A stretch of DNA of 64,000 nt from Candidatus Ryanbacteria bacterium RIFCSPLOWO2_12_FULL_44_26 (GTDB lineage Bacteria > Patescibacteriota > Minisyncoccia > Ryanbacterales > HO2-45-13). The stretch is from the NCBI GenBank assembly GCA_001821765.1, contig MHOA01000013.1, forward strand, positions 15,456 through 79,455, given 5' to 3'. The notes under the pieces are model-generated. The model was not told the DNA's origin and ran no database searches. It saw only the letters and a program-made list of their open reading frames with translations. Made by a program: the position numbers and the translations under genes. This document shows, in pieces, positions 8,918 through 18,547 of this stretch; position 1 is the stretch's first letter; each line of letters begins with the position of its first letter.

Positions 8918-10351
8918 TTAATGTCCTTTTATAGAAGCAAGCGGCCTTATATATGCCAATGGTTGTATTATACCTTCCTGCTCAAACGCGCGCGTTACCT
9001 CAAAAAGTCCGTCCGAGTAGGTATGCGGAACACCTTTGAGTTTTTTTTCTTTGCGTTTTGAAATCAATGTTTGATGTAAAGGGTCTTTGGTGCTTTTCTT
9101 TTCATGTACATATCTTTCTATTGTTTTTGCGGCGCTTGGGGAAAGAGAATGAAAAGAAGACGTGATATTATTGCCCCCAACTCCAATATAGGAAAGTGTG
9201 TTATTGCTTCCGGAAATCATAACGGGTTTTTTAGAAAAGATGCGCATCGCATCTTGTCGGTGTACGATCAATTGTTGACCATCAATATATTCTTCAATAA
9301 TTGAATTATGCGCAGCATCCCAAAGAAACGATACCTTTGGGGCCTTTTCCGGCAAGCTTTCTTCCAAAGCGTCGATAAGACGCCGCAGTAGCGCTACGCG
9401 ATATCCGTAACCATAGTTCATTGCCGCTTTTATGGAGTGCAAAAGGCGTTTTCCTTCCTCGGTTTCCACCGGAATTTCCGGAAATGCTCTTGAGCTGAAA
9501 TAATATTTCCAGCGCTCCCGAAAGTGTTTTAAGCCATTTGGGTAGCCAAAATGAAAGATACATTTTAAGAAAAAAAGCGCGAATTTTTCTGATGTTTTAT
9601 TTTTTTTTCTATTGGCGAAATAGCGGCCTAAATGATAAGTGGCATGCCCCCCGCCGCCATGATAAAAAAACAGAAGCTGATTCTGCTTTATGTTAAATCG
9701 TTCCGCAAGCGCCTTGTCTTTAATAGTTTCAACATAGTGCAGTTCAAGAAAGTGGTTTCCCCCGAAATTATATCCCATTTCATGCTTGGCGTTTCTGTAA
9801 GAAGAGCGCGGGATGAGATGTTTGAGATTCAGGTTTTTCATTTCTTCGTTTGTAAAAAGAGAGCCCCCGTATTCAATATTTTCCAGTTCGCTTTCAGGGA
9901 GATTGTATTTTTTTGTTGCTGCTTTGGCGCCATGGACAAAAAAATCCTCTAATTCTGACTCTGTAAGGTCGTACGGGAGAAACGGTCGTTCTTCAATACC
10001 GATCCAGTTGAGAAACGTTTGAAACTTCCCGATTCTTTGGGGCACATGTATTCTTAAACGGCGCGCAAACATCACGAAAAATTCCGGCGAAAAGTCTTCT
10101 TTAAAAAGGGATGTGGTAAAAACAGACATGCCGCAATTAAGAGAGGGGGCCGAAAGCATCGGGACGATTGTTTTTTTAGTTGCTGTTACAAACTGGGGAG
10201 GAGATTCTAAACCCTCCTTTTTGTGGATATTCGGAAGGCAGATTGGAGGATAAGCAAGACTTTTGATCTTTTTTACGCGCTGCAATTGTTCACGGATGTA
10301 CGGGTCGGTGACTTTGTCGCAACCAAAGACCATGTCCATAAAAATTTCCAA
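8918..10351 (-). CDS. Divergent RtcB-family (RNA 3'-phosphate ligase-like) protein, paralog 1
   Basis: Conserved RtcB blocks are present: NCGM (GCGM), GNHFLELHY (GNHFIEI), FFYHGGGGHATYHLGRYF (HSGSRG...YF), AAHNSI, VHRQDA (RKGA) and the terminal ...IKGH. Two motifs deviate: PNIH in place of PDxH and FHSLS in place of HGAG. Confidence 0.5.
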   Translation of the reverse strand: MEIFMDMVFGCDKVTDPYIREQLQRVKKIKSLAYPPICLPNIHKKEGLESPPQFVTATKKTIVPMLSAPSLNCGMSVFTTSLFKEDFSPEFFVMFARRLRIHVPQRIGKFQTFLNWIGIEERPFLPYDLTESELEDFFVHGAKAATKKYNLPESELENIEYGGSLFTNEEMKNLNLKHLIPRSSYRNAKHEMGYNFGGNHFLELHYVETIKDKALAERFNIKQNQLLFFYHGGGGHATYHLGRYFANRKKNKTSEKFALFFLKCIFHFGYPNGLKHFRERWKYYFSSRAFPEIPVETEEGKRLLHSIKAAMNYGYGYRVALLRRLIDALEESLPEKAPKVSFLWDAAHNSIIEEYIDGQQLIVHRQDAMRIFSKKPVMISGSNNTLSYIGVGGNNITSSFHSLSPSAAKTIERYVHEKKSTKDPLHQTLISKRKEKKLKGVPHTYSDGLFEVTRAFEQEGIIQPLAYIRPLASIKGH

Positions 10352-10387
10352 TTACCAATTTCTAATTCCCAATTGGATTTTCAGCTG

Positions 10388-11815
10388 TCATCCTTTAAAC
10401 ACCGCTATTGGCCGCAGTTTTACTACCGGACGAGCAATACCTGCATTTTCCAGCTGTTGTACAACATAATCGACCCCTTCATTTGTAATGTGGTTTACAA
10501 TCTTTTGAAATGGCGGATGTGACTGGTAAATAACCGTTTTATATTTTTTGGGGTGAGTCGTTGTGTTATTTTTCTCCATCATTTTTTTTATTGTGGTGCC
10601 TGCGCCGTGATCTGATGAGAAAAGGTGCCGCTCGGCGTTTTGCATGCCGACCGCAATGTAGGAGTTGGTGTTGTTAAAACCAGATATAATAAGGGGTTTT
10701 TTGTCAAAGACACGATTTGCGGTATGCCGGTGCACAATAACGTTTTTTCCAGAAACGATTTCTTCGGTGATGGCGTTATGCGCGCCATCCCAAATTAAAC
10801 TCACCGTTGGTGTAGCAGGCGCCGCTTTGCCGAGACTGTCAATGATGCGTTTTATAATAGCCATGCGAAAACCATAGCTGTAATTGAGAGACGCCTTCGT
10901 TGCCATAAGAAGGCGTTTTCCTTCGGGTGAATTCGCAGGAATTTCCATAAAACGTGAAGAAAAAAAATAGTACCGAAGACGCTTTGGAGCATATTTCCAT
11001 TCCAAAGGGGAACCAAAGTGGAAAAGCGCTTTAAAAGCAAGTAGGTAGAGTTTTTGTGATGCCGTGTTTTTCTTTCTATTTCCAAAGTAGCGTCCTATAT
11101 GGTAAGAAACAGCGCCGCCGCCACCGTGATACATAATCACGATTCGATTTTTCTCCAGCCCCCATGCTTTTGCCAGCTTTTCGTCAAGCAATTCCTCAAT
11201 ATATTGAATTTCAAGAAAGTGATTTCCTTTAAACCCATATCCGATATTATGTCTCCCGGAGCGGTAAGAAACCCTTGGGAGGATTTTTTTTAAGTTTAAA
11301 CCGGCCAGTTCCTTTTTTGTAAAAAGCCCGCCCTCATATTCCACTTGTTTGAGGAAATCTGCCGGAAGGCCGTATATTGCTACAGCCGTTTTTGCTCCGT
11401 GTTTTATTATTTCTATAAAATCTCTTACAGAAAGGTCGTAGTGCATTTTCGGCCGCTCAATCAATCCAAACCAGTTAAGCATATTTTTTATTTTCCCGTA
11501 GTTTGGCCCCAACTCCGTTTGCATTGAGCTGTAGAAGCGTTCAAGAAACTGTTCAGTAATTGTTTCTTTTGAGATGGACGTAATAAGCGCCCCCATGCCG
11601 CAGCCAACTGACGGCGCTGTCAGTTCGGGCACTATGGTGTTTTGTGTCGCCGCTGCAAACGAGCAGGGACCCTCGGTGCGTTCTTTCATATGTAGATCTG
11701 GAAGGCATACGACAGGAAAAGCGAGACTCTTGAGTTTTGTAATGTGCGACAAAACACCTCGAATGCGGTTGTCTGAAAGATCACAGCCGAGAGAGTGAAT
11801 TTTAGAGGAATCCAT
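10388..11815 (-). CDS. Divergent RtcB-family protein, paralog 2 (canonical motifs better preserved)
   Basis: LPDLHMKE (PDxH), VGCGMGA, GNHFLEIQY, MYHGGGGAVSYHIGRYF, GAHNAI, VHRHTA, SSDHGAGT (His-nucleophile motif) and terminal AVFKG. Roughly 40% identical to paralog 1. Confidence 0.55.
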   Translation of the reverse strand: MDSSKIHSLGCDLSDNRIRGVLSHITKLKSLAFPVVCLPDLHMKERTEGPCSFAAATQNTIVPELTAPSVGCGMGALITSISKETITEQFLERFYSSMQTELGPNYGKIKNMLNWFGLIERPKMHYDLSVRDFIEIIKHGAKTAVAIYGLPADFLKQVEYEGGLFTKKELAGLNLKKILPRVSYRSGRHNIGYGFKGNHFLEIQYIEELLDEKLAKAWGLEKNRIVIMYHGGGGAVSYHIGRYFGNRKKNTASQKLYLLAFKALFHFGSPLEWKYAPKRLRYYFFSSRFMEIPANSPEGKRLLMATKASLNYSYGFRMAIIKRIIDSLGKAAPATPTVSLIWDGAHNAITEEIVSGKNVIVHRHTANRVFDKKPLIISGFNNTNSYIAVGMQNAERHLFSSDHGAGTTIKKMMEKNNTTTHPKKYKTVIYQSHPPFQKIVNHITNEGVDYVVQQLENAGIARPVVKLRPIAVFKG

Positions 11816-11852
11816 GATATAGTGTAGTATACGTTATTCTCCTTTATTTTCA

Positions 11853-12944
11853 ATGATAAAACTTCGCTACGTCACTTCACTGAAGTACCCCTCAAGGTAT
11901 GCTAATCGTCTGCAGGTGATGAAAATGTCTGAAGCATTTGCCCAGAAAGCCGACTACGCTCTTTTTGTCGCGTCTTGCCCTAACAAGAGGAACGTTTTTG
12001 AGGATTATGGAGTTACTGGTGATATTTCTATCCGGGAGATCGGAGGAGTGCCGGCGTTTCTTTGGCCAAAGAGTTTTTGGATTGCAATGCGTTTCAGGAA
12101 AATGATAGCAAGGGAACCGGCTGATGCCGTATTTTATATCAGAGACGTTCTGCTCGCGTTTTTTCTGACGTTTTTATCTGGAAAATTTCGCAACTGTTTT
12201 TTCTTTGAAATGCACTCTTTGGAGAAATTTCCGGATTTTGTTTATGGGAGAATTTTTTCCTGCGCACGCGGCGTTATCTCGACGAATGTTGAAAAAGAAA
12301 AAGCAGTGCATTTAAAATGGAACATCCAAAAAAAAGATATCATATCTTTTCCAAACGGTGTTGATATACGTCTTTTTCAGCGCCTTCCAAAGAAAGCAAC
12401 GTTAAGAAAAGAACTCTCGTTGCCCAGCAAAGATATCGTTGCGATGTATATAGGAAGCATGCAATACTGGAAAGGTGTTGAGACTATCCGGCAATGTGCG
12501 GAAGTGCTTAAGCAATATGTTTTTGTTATTGTTGGAGGCGCGGCAAAGAGGCGGGATGGCAATCTTTTGGAATTGCCTCGCGTTGCGCCGAATATGGTGC
12601 CGAGATTTCTTGGTGCGGCGGATGTATTGCTGGCGCCGTATCCAAAGCATTATAAGATAAGTAGCCGCTGGACCTCGCCTATGAAGCTTGCTGAATATAT
12701 GGCCTCCGGAACCCCGATTGTGGCGTCTGATGTGGTATCTGTGCGCGAGTTGCTTGATGTTTCAACCGCCCACCTTGTAAACTCGGCAGATGCGCGGCAA
12801 TTTTGCGATGGGATTCAATGGGCGGTTTCGCATATGGATGAAATGCATCTAAAGGCGGAAAAAGCGCAAAGGCGGGCAGAAGAGTTCACTTGGGAAAAAC
12901 GCGCCGGATGTATTGTGGATTTTGTCACCGAACACATCGGTTAA
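11853..12944 (+). CDS. Glycosyltransferase family 1 (GT4)
   Basis: C-terminal RFLGAADVLLAPYPKHYK...KLAEYMASGTPIVASDV follows the EX7E-type GT1 pattern. Confidence 0.7.
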   Translation: MIKLRYVTSLKYPSRYANRLQVMKMSEAFAQKADYALFVASCPNKRNVFEDYGVTGDISIREIGGVPAFLWPKSFWIAMRFRKMIAREPADAVFYIRDVLLAFFLTFLSGKFRNCFFFEMHSLEKFPDFVYGRIFSCARGVISTNVEKEKAVHLKWNIQKKDIISFPNGVDIRLFQRLPKKATLRKELSLPSKDIVAMYIGSMQYWKGVETIRQCAEVLKQYVFVIVGGAAKRRDGNLLELPRVAPNMVPRFLGAADVLLAPYPKHYKISSRWTSPMKLAEYMASGTPIVASDVVSVRELLDVSTAHLVNSADARQFCDGIQWAVSHMDEMHLKAEKAQRRAEEFTWEKRAGCIVDFVTEHIG

Positions 12945-12947
12945 GTT

Positions 12948-14279
12948 ATGAAAAAGGACATTCTTATCGTTGTATGCATTGCATTTGTGTTACGCCTCGC
13001 TTTTTCTTTTGTCGTGGCTGAGCGTGTGGGACCGGGCGCTTTTGAGGATGTACGGCCGATGAGTGATGCAGGACAATACATTGCTCTTACAAAGAATATA
13101 TTAGACAATCAGACGTTTACACTTTACGGAGAGCCGCACAGTTTTCGCACTCCCGGTTATCCGGCCTTTCTCGCATTTTGGTATTGGTTAAGCGGCAGCT
13201 GGTTTTTTAGTGTTGCAGTAGTGGGAAGCGCTTTGGGAGCCTTGAGTGCCGGTGTTACATATATCATTGGAAGAGAACTTTTTTCCCGCACTGTTGGTTT
13301 GCTGGCCGGAGCGTTTTTTGCATTTGAACCATATGGAGCGCACATGGCGGCGCGTCCCATGACAGAATCTGTTTACACAATACTTGTTGCGCTTCTCGCA
13401 TTTTTTATTGTTCGGTTTTACCGTTCTTCCTCAAAGCGTGCGGTGCTGTATATTTTCCTTTCAGGATTAGTTGTGGGGCTTGCCGTTTGGGTAAGGCCGC
13501 AACTATGGCCGTTTTATGTGTTCCCAATGACACTGGTTGTTTTTCTTACTTCCAGAAACGTTCATCAAGCCAAAACTGCCCTTCTGTCAGCAGTACTGTT
13601 CATTGGTGTCGCGGCGCTTGTTATTGTTCCATGGATTGTCCGGAATGCCGTGCTGTTTGGTGAGCCGTCCATAAGTTCCCAAGGTGGATGGAATCTCTAT
13701 TTTTATCACACAAAACGTTTTACCGGATCAGAGCGTTTCTTTGGTTTAGAAAACGATGAAATAAGGCGATTTTTGGAAATACGTCTTGGAAAGCCCGGAC
13801 CTGATGATATTCGAAGTATTGTATACCAGCCGATTTATTATACCGAGGCTTTTAACATCATTTTACAAAGGCCCGCATCTTACGCTTTTTGGCATATCAA
13901 AGAGTCGCTGGTGTTTTTTTATGATGATGGCATAAGAGATGTGCTTCGGCATATGGGCGCGGAATCTTCTTTTACGTTTGAGAGCATATCAGCAGCGCAG
14001 ATACTAAAATCGCCAACAGCTCTTTTGGCGTTGGGAGGCGTTGCTTTTTGGATAGGAGTATTTTTGCTTGCCGGATACGGCGCATGGCAGGGAATATGGA
14101 AGGGAACTCCTGTAATCAGGTGTGCGACCATTTTTTTTCTCTTGACTATTCTTTATGTGCCGTTTGTTGCTGGCACTCTTGCGGTGGCTCGTTTTCGCTT
14201 TCCATTGACGCCAATGATATTTCCGCTTTTTGGCTTTGGGCTTTGTATGTTATGGGAAAGATTAAAATGGGCCGTTTAG
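12948..14279 (+). CDS. GT-C fold ArnT/PMT_2-like glycosyltransferase (membrane)
   Basis: Polytopic. The first-loop motif MSDAGQYIALTKNILDNQTFTLYGEP is ArnT-like. Confidence 0.65.
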   Translation: MKKDILIVVCIAFVLRLAFSFVVAERVGPGAFEDVRPMSDAGQYIALTKNILDNQTFTLYGEPHSFRTPGYPAFLAFWYWLSGSWFFSVAVVGSALGALSAGVTYIIGRELFSRTVGLLAGAFFAFEPYGAHMAARPMTESVYTILVALLAFFIVRFYRSSSKRAVLYIFLSGLVVGLAVWVRPQLWPFYVFPMTLVVFLTSRNVHQAKTALLSAVLFIGVAALVIVPWIVRNAVLFGEPSISSQGGWNLYFYHTKRFTGSERFFGLENDEIRRFLEIRLGKPGPDDIRSIVYQPIYYTEAFNIILQRPASYAFWHIKESLVFFYDDGIRDVLRHMGAESSFTFESISAAQILKSPTALLALGGVAFWIGVFLLAGYGAWQGIWKGTPVIRCATIFFLLTILYVPFVAGTLAVARFRFPLTPMIFPLFGFGLCMLWERLKWAV

Positions 14280-15028
14280 AAAAAAAAATAATTGCAGTAC
14301 TCCCCGCTTATAACGCGGAAAAGACGCTCAAGAGAACGTTCTATGACATTCCAGAGGATTGGGTGGATGATGTTATTCTGGTGGATGACGCCAGTCGGGA
14401 TAAAACCGTTGAAGTGGCAAAAACGCTTCCGATCCGCACGTACGTTCATCCAAAAAATCTTGGCTATGGAGGAAATCAAAAAACGTGTTATCAAAAAGCA
14501 CTCCAGCTCGGTGGGGATATTATTGTGATGATTCATCCAGACCACCAATATGATCCCCGTCTTGTTCCGGAATTACTCAAGCCCATTGTTGAAGGGAGGG
14601 CTGACGCGGTGTTTGGATCTCGCATGATACGCAGAGAAGATGCTTTGAAAGGAGGGATGCCTCATTGGAAGTTTGCGGCAAATATTTTACTTACGAAAAT
14701 TGAAAATGTTGTCTTAAGACTTCATTTAACGGAATATCATTCCGGTTTTAGGGCATACAGCAGGAAAGTGCTTGAAACGGTGCCATTTAAAAAAAACTCT
14801 GATAATTTCGTTTTTGATACGGAGATCATCGTGCAAATGAAGCTTGCTGGACTGCGTATCATGGAAATTCCGATTCAAACGCGGTATTTCCCCGAGGCAT
14901 CAATGATCGGATTTTCAAAAAGCGTTCAATACGGTATTTCAATACTTTATGTGATGATAAAGTATCTTGTGCACGTGATGGGGTTTAAAAAGATCAGCCA
15001 GTTTGTCATAAAACATGACAATAAGTGA
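14267..15028 (+). CDS. GT2 polyprenyl-phosphate sugar synthase (DPM1/ArnC/GtrB-like)
   Basis: IIAVLPAYNAEKTL...VILVDDASRDKT...GSRM. The 5' extension at 14048 in the track is a read-through overlap; the start was set at MGRLEKK. Confidence 0.8.
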   Translation: MGRLEKKIIAVLPAYNAEKTLKRTFYDIPEDWVDDVILVDDASRDKTVEVAKTLPIRTYVHPKNLGYGGNQKTCYQKALQLGGDIIVMIHPDHQYDPRLVPELLKPIVEGRADAVFGSRMIRREDALKGGMPHWKFAANILLTKIENVVLRLHLTEYHSGFRAYSRKVLETVPFKKNSDNFVFDTEIIVQMKLAGLRIMEIPIQTRYFPEASMIGFSKSVQYGISILYVMIKYLVHVMGFKKISQFVIKHDNK

Positions 15029-16748
15029 TGGACAAAAACTGCAACGGCACATACGATACGTTTTTCTAGCGTTCACTGTTGTTATTGGCGGAATCCACGC
15101 ATATGCTGCGCGCAACAATATGAATCCGGACGGAATTTCTTATCTTGACATAGCAGAAGCGTACATTCGTGGGGAATGGGATTTGGCGATTAACGCTTGG
15201 TGGAGTCCGTTATATTCATGGATATTGGGTCTTGCGCTTTCTTTGTTCCATCCTTCCGCTTATTGGGAATTTCCTTTGGTGCATGCCGTAAATTTTGTAA
15301 TTTATATTGCCGCCTTTGGAAGTTTCTCTTTTTTCTTGCATGAGTTTATACGTGCGCTTCACAAAAATGGTCAGGAAGCGCACGCAAACAACAAACCGAC
15401 GCCCCTGCCGGCATGGACGCTCGCTCTTATAGGATACACGCTTTTTCTCATAGCCTCTCTTAATTTGATCACTATTTCTCTTGTAACGCCTGATATGCTT
15501 GTTTCAGTGTTCGTATATTTCGCCGCAGGGCTTATCGTTCGCATGCGCAGAACCGGGGCCAGCTGGACCTCATTTATATTGTTGGGGATAGTGCTGGGTT
15601 TTGGGTATCTTGCCAAAGCGCCCATTTTTCCTTTGGCGTTTGTATTTTTTGCTTCAAGCATTCTGGTTGTCGGCAGTTTTCGAAAAGCGCTTCCTAAAGT
15701 CTCAATCAGCGTGTTCTTTTTTCTTCTTATTGCCGCTCCTTTCGTGTTTTTTTTATCGGAAGTGAAGGGGAAACCCACCTTTGGGGAAAGTGGAAGGATA
15801 AATTATGCTTGGTATCTCAATGGTCCGGCCGAACACATTCACTGGCAGGGCGGGCCCGAAGGCCGCGGTGTTCCTACTCATCCGACAAGAAAAATTTTTG
15901 ATTCCCCAGCGGTTTACGAATTTGGATCGCCAATCGGCGGCACCTATCCGCCGTGGTACGATCCTTCGTACTGGCACGAAGGCATTACGCCTTATTTTGA
16001 TTTTAACGCACAACTATGGACGCTTTATAAAAGCTTCAATGCTTACTATGATATATTTTCAAGAGCGCATACAGTGCTTTTTTTGGGCTTTATCTTTTTC
16101 TTGATTGTCGGCGGCGTTCGGCCGTTTCTCAAAAATGCTAAAGATCAAGTCGTTATCCTGCTCCCGGCCCTTTCGGCGCTCGGAATGTTTGCGCTTGTCT
16201 TGGTAAAAGACAGGTATGTTGCCCCATTCATAGTTTTGTTGTGGCTTGGGGTGTTTGCGGCAGTGAGAGCATATGATTCTGTACTATCACGGAACATAGT
16301 GAAAGGATTGGTCGTTGCTATGGTCGTTGTTATGATGGCGGCTGTTTTTATATCAAGTGTGCCGGATGCATTAACAGCTGTCCGTGACATTGTAAAAAGT
16401 AGAGATGCATTCAGGCACATTCATTGGTATGTTGCCCAAGGGCTCGATCAGAGAAATATTCAAGCCGGGGACAAAGTTTCAGTTATAAGCCACCATGTAA
16501 ACGGTCTTACTGCTTATTGGGCGCGTTTGGCGAAAGTTCAAATTGTTTCGGAAATACCATCGGAGGAGGAAAGAACATTTTGGGCGAGTGATGATGCGCG
16601 CAGGAATCAGATTTTAAACTTATTTGTGAAAACAGGTGCAAGGGCCGTCATAGCGGAAAACGTACCGGACCCCTATACGCGGCCGGAGTGGAAAAACATT
16701 GACGGTACGAGTTATTATATTTACCTTTTATCTACCGAGAAAGATTAA
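15015..16748 (+). CDS. Large polytopic membrane protein, probable GT-C fold glycosyltransferase
   Basis: About 14 TM helices. The N-terminal loop DGISYLDIAEAYIRGEWDLAINAWWSPLYSW resembles GT-C first-loop architecture. Confidence 0.45.
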   Translation: MTISDGQKLQRHIRYVFLAFTVVIGGIHAYAARNNMNPDGISYLDIAEAYIRGEWDLAINAWWSPLYSWILGLALSLFHPSAYWEFPLVHAVNFVIYIAAFGSFSFFLHEFIRALHKNGQEAHANNKPTPLPAWTLALIGYTLFLIASLNLITISLVTPDMLVSVFVYFAAGLIVRMRRTGASWTSFILLGIVLGFGYLAKAPIFPLAFVFFASSILVVGSFRKALPKVSISVFFFLLIAAPFVFFLSEVKGKPTFGESGRINYAWYLNGPAEHIHWQGGPEGRGVPTHPTRKIFDSPAVYEFGSPIGGTYPPWYDPSYWHEGITPYFDFNAQLWTLYKSFNAYYDIFSRAHTVLFLGFIFFLIVGGVRPFLKNAKDQVVILLPALSALGMFALVLVKDRYVAPFIVLLWLGVFAAVRAYDSVLSRNIVKGLVVAMVVVMMAAVFISSVPDALTAVRDIVKSRDAFRHIHWYVAQGLDQRNIQAGDKVSVISHHVNGLTAYWARLAKVQIVSEIPSEEERTFWASDDARRNQILNLFVKTGARAVIAENVPDPYTRPEWKNIDGTSYYIYLLSTEKD

Positions 16749-17445
16749 AACGGATGATAGCGAGAACTGCTTTTACTCCATCCCACCAGTTAATTTTTTT
16801 CCCTGCACTGCGATCTCTCGGGTTATAGGTGATTGGCACCTCATATATTTTCCAAGGGCCTTTGGCTGCTTTAGCGGTGAGTTCTGGTTCTATCCCGAAC
16901 CGCTTGGATTTTAATTTGAACGATTGAATAATATCACGCCTGAATAACTTATAGCACGTTTCCATATCTGTAATGTATATGCCGCTAAAAATATTGGAGA
17001 GCATCGTAAGAAAACGGTTTGTAAGATACCGATGCGTGCGGAATACTCTCCTTGTTCCCGTCATTTGGAATCTGGAGCCGAAAACAATATCGGCGCCATA
17101 TTTTTCGAAAGGCTCAAGAAGTTTTGGATATTCGTAAGGGTCTGTTTCAAGATCCGCGTCTTGGATGATGACAATGTCCCCAGAAATATGCGAAAGCGCT
17201 GTTCTAATCGCTGCGCCCTTGCCCTCGTTTGTTTCTTTATGGATAATTTCCAGCCCTTTTACATAAAGAGAAGGTTTTTCTTTCAACTTCTTTTCAATGC
17301 CGTCTAGAATTGATTTTGTGCCGTCAGTGGAGTTGTCATTGACGATGATCACCTCCTTTTTTATGGGAACAGCAAAAACGGTTTGAACAAGTTTTTCTAC
17401 CGTCCGCTCTTCGTTGTAGACGGGTATAATGACTGAAATCAGCAT
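16732..17445 (-). CDS. GT2 polyprenyl-phosphate sugar synthase (DPM1-like)
   Basis: MLISVIIPVYNEERT...IIVNDNSTDGT...IIQDADLETDP...VFGSRF. Confidence 0.8.
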   Translation of the reverse strand: MLISVIIPVYNEERTVEKLVQTVFAVPIKKEVIIVNDNSTDGTKSILDGIEKKLKEKPSLYVKGLEIIHKETNEGKGAAIRTALSHISGDIVIIQDADLETDPYEYPKLLEPFEKYGADIVFGSRFQMTGTRRVFRTHRYLTNRFLTMLSNIFSGIYITDMETCYKLFRRDIIQSFKLKSKRFGIEPELTAKAAKGPWKIYEVPITYNPRDRSAGKKINWWDGVKAVLAIIRFNLSR

Positions 17446-18389
17446 TACATCATTGATCGAATAATATTATCAAGCGCATAGGTGGGCTTGTAGCCGATAA
17501 GAGCATGCGCTTTTTTTAAGTCCGGAATGCGTTTTTGCATGTCTTCAAATGTGCTGGAGTACGCTTTTTTATAAGGAATTTTGACGATGCGTGATGTGCT
17601 TTGAGTCATTTTTTTTATTTTTCTTGCTAAATCCATCATGCTGATGGATTCGGTAGAGCCGAGGTTTATTATTTCTCCCCGCGCTTTTGATGCGTTCATG
17701 AGTTTTATCATTGCTTTTATAATGTCTTCCACATGCGAAAAACACCGCATTTGCGTTCCCGTGCCGTACACGGTGATGGGCTTGTTCTCTTTTGCTTGAG
17801 CGATAAATGTGGGGATCACCATGCCGTACCGGCCTGTTTGGCGGGGACCAACCGTGTTAAAAAGGCGCACCACAACCGCAGGTAAGCGCTGTTTTTTCCA
17901 GTAGGCAAGCGCAAGACATTCATCAACCGATTTCGAAAGCGCATACCCCCACCGCTCACTGTAAACAGATCCGTATGTTCTGTCCGCCGTTTCTTTAAAT
18001 GGAAGCGAGCTGTTTTTTCCATAGACTTCAGAAGAAGAAGTGATAAGTATCGGCGTTTTACTTTTAGCGGCGAGTTCAAGGACATTTTTCGTCCCTTCAA
18101 TGTTTGTAAGCAGGGTTTTAAGCGGATTTTCTATGATATGTTTTACCCCAACAGCAGCCGCGAGATGGTATATCTGATCGGCCTTCTTCACAAACGGTGC
18201 CAACTCTTTGATATTGAGTATAGAACCCTTCTTAAAGAAGAAACGTTTATTTTTTATAAACGGTCTTATGTTGCCGCGGCTTCCGGTAGATAGATCATCA
18301 AACACAAATACCTGATTTTTTTTCTGAAGCAGTTTTTCAGCAAGATGACTTCCTATAAATCCCGCCCCACCCGTAATTAAAATTTTCAT
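17445..18389 (-). CDS. NAD-dependent sugar-nucleotide decarboxylase/epimerase, UXS/ArnA-decarboxylase-like SDR
   Basis: ITGGAGFIGSHL Rossmann motif, SSSEVYG, YALSK (YxxxK) and RLFNTVGPRQ, which is characteristic of UDP-glucuronate decarboxylases. Confidence 0.75.
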   Translation of the reverse strand: MKILITGGAGFIGSHLAEKLLQKKNQVFVFDDLSTGSRGNIRPFIKNKRFFFKKGSILNIKELAPFVKKADQIYHLAAAVGVKHIIENPLKTLLTNIEGTKNVLELAAKSKTPILITSSSEVYGKNSSLPFKETADRTYGSVYSERWGYALSKSVDECLALAYWKKQRLPAVVVRLFNTVGPRQTGRYGMVIPTFIAQAKENKPITVYGTGTQMRCFSHVEDIIKAMIKLMNASKARGEIINLGSTESISMMDLARKIKKMTQSTSRIVKIPYKKAYSSTFEDMQKRIPDLKKAHALIGYKPTYALDNIIRSMM

Positions 18390-18547
18390 ATTCCCATGTT
18401 ACTATAAAGTAATACACGTTCCCACACCACGGAACCATACCCAAGGCACATTGTTGTCTTCATATTGTTTTGAGTATTGCCGTTTAGCGCTGTTTTTTTT
18501 TATGCATATGTATACCACATCAAAACATAACGTTCAAAGTTGATATA

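Noticed and set aside
10352-10390. CCAATT-rich direct repeats ending in the palindrome CCAATTGG between the two RtcB-like genes
   Set aside because: The tract is short and low-complexity in an AT-rich spacer, and it does not recur elsewhere. It cannot be distinguished from chance.
14048-14266. 5' extension of the GT2 ORF (track start 14048) overlapping the end of the GT-C gene
   Set aside because: The extension is a frame read-through inside the upstream gene. The GT2 N-terminus (IIAVLPAYN) begins right after the internal Met at 14252/14267.
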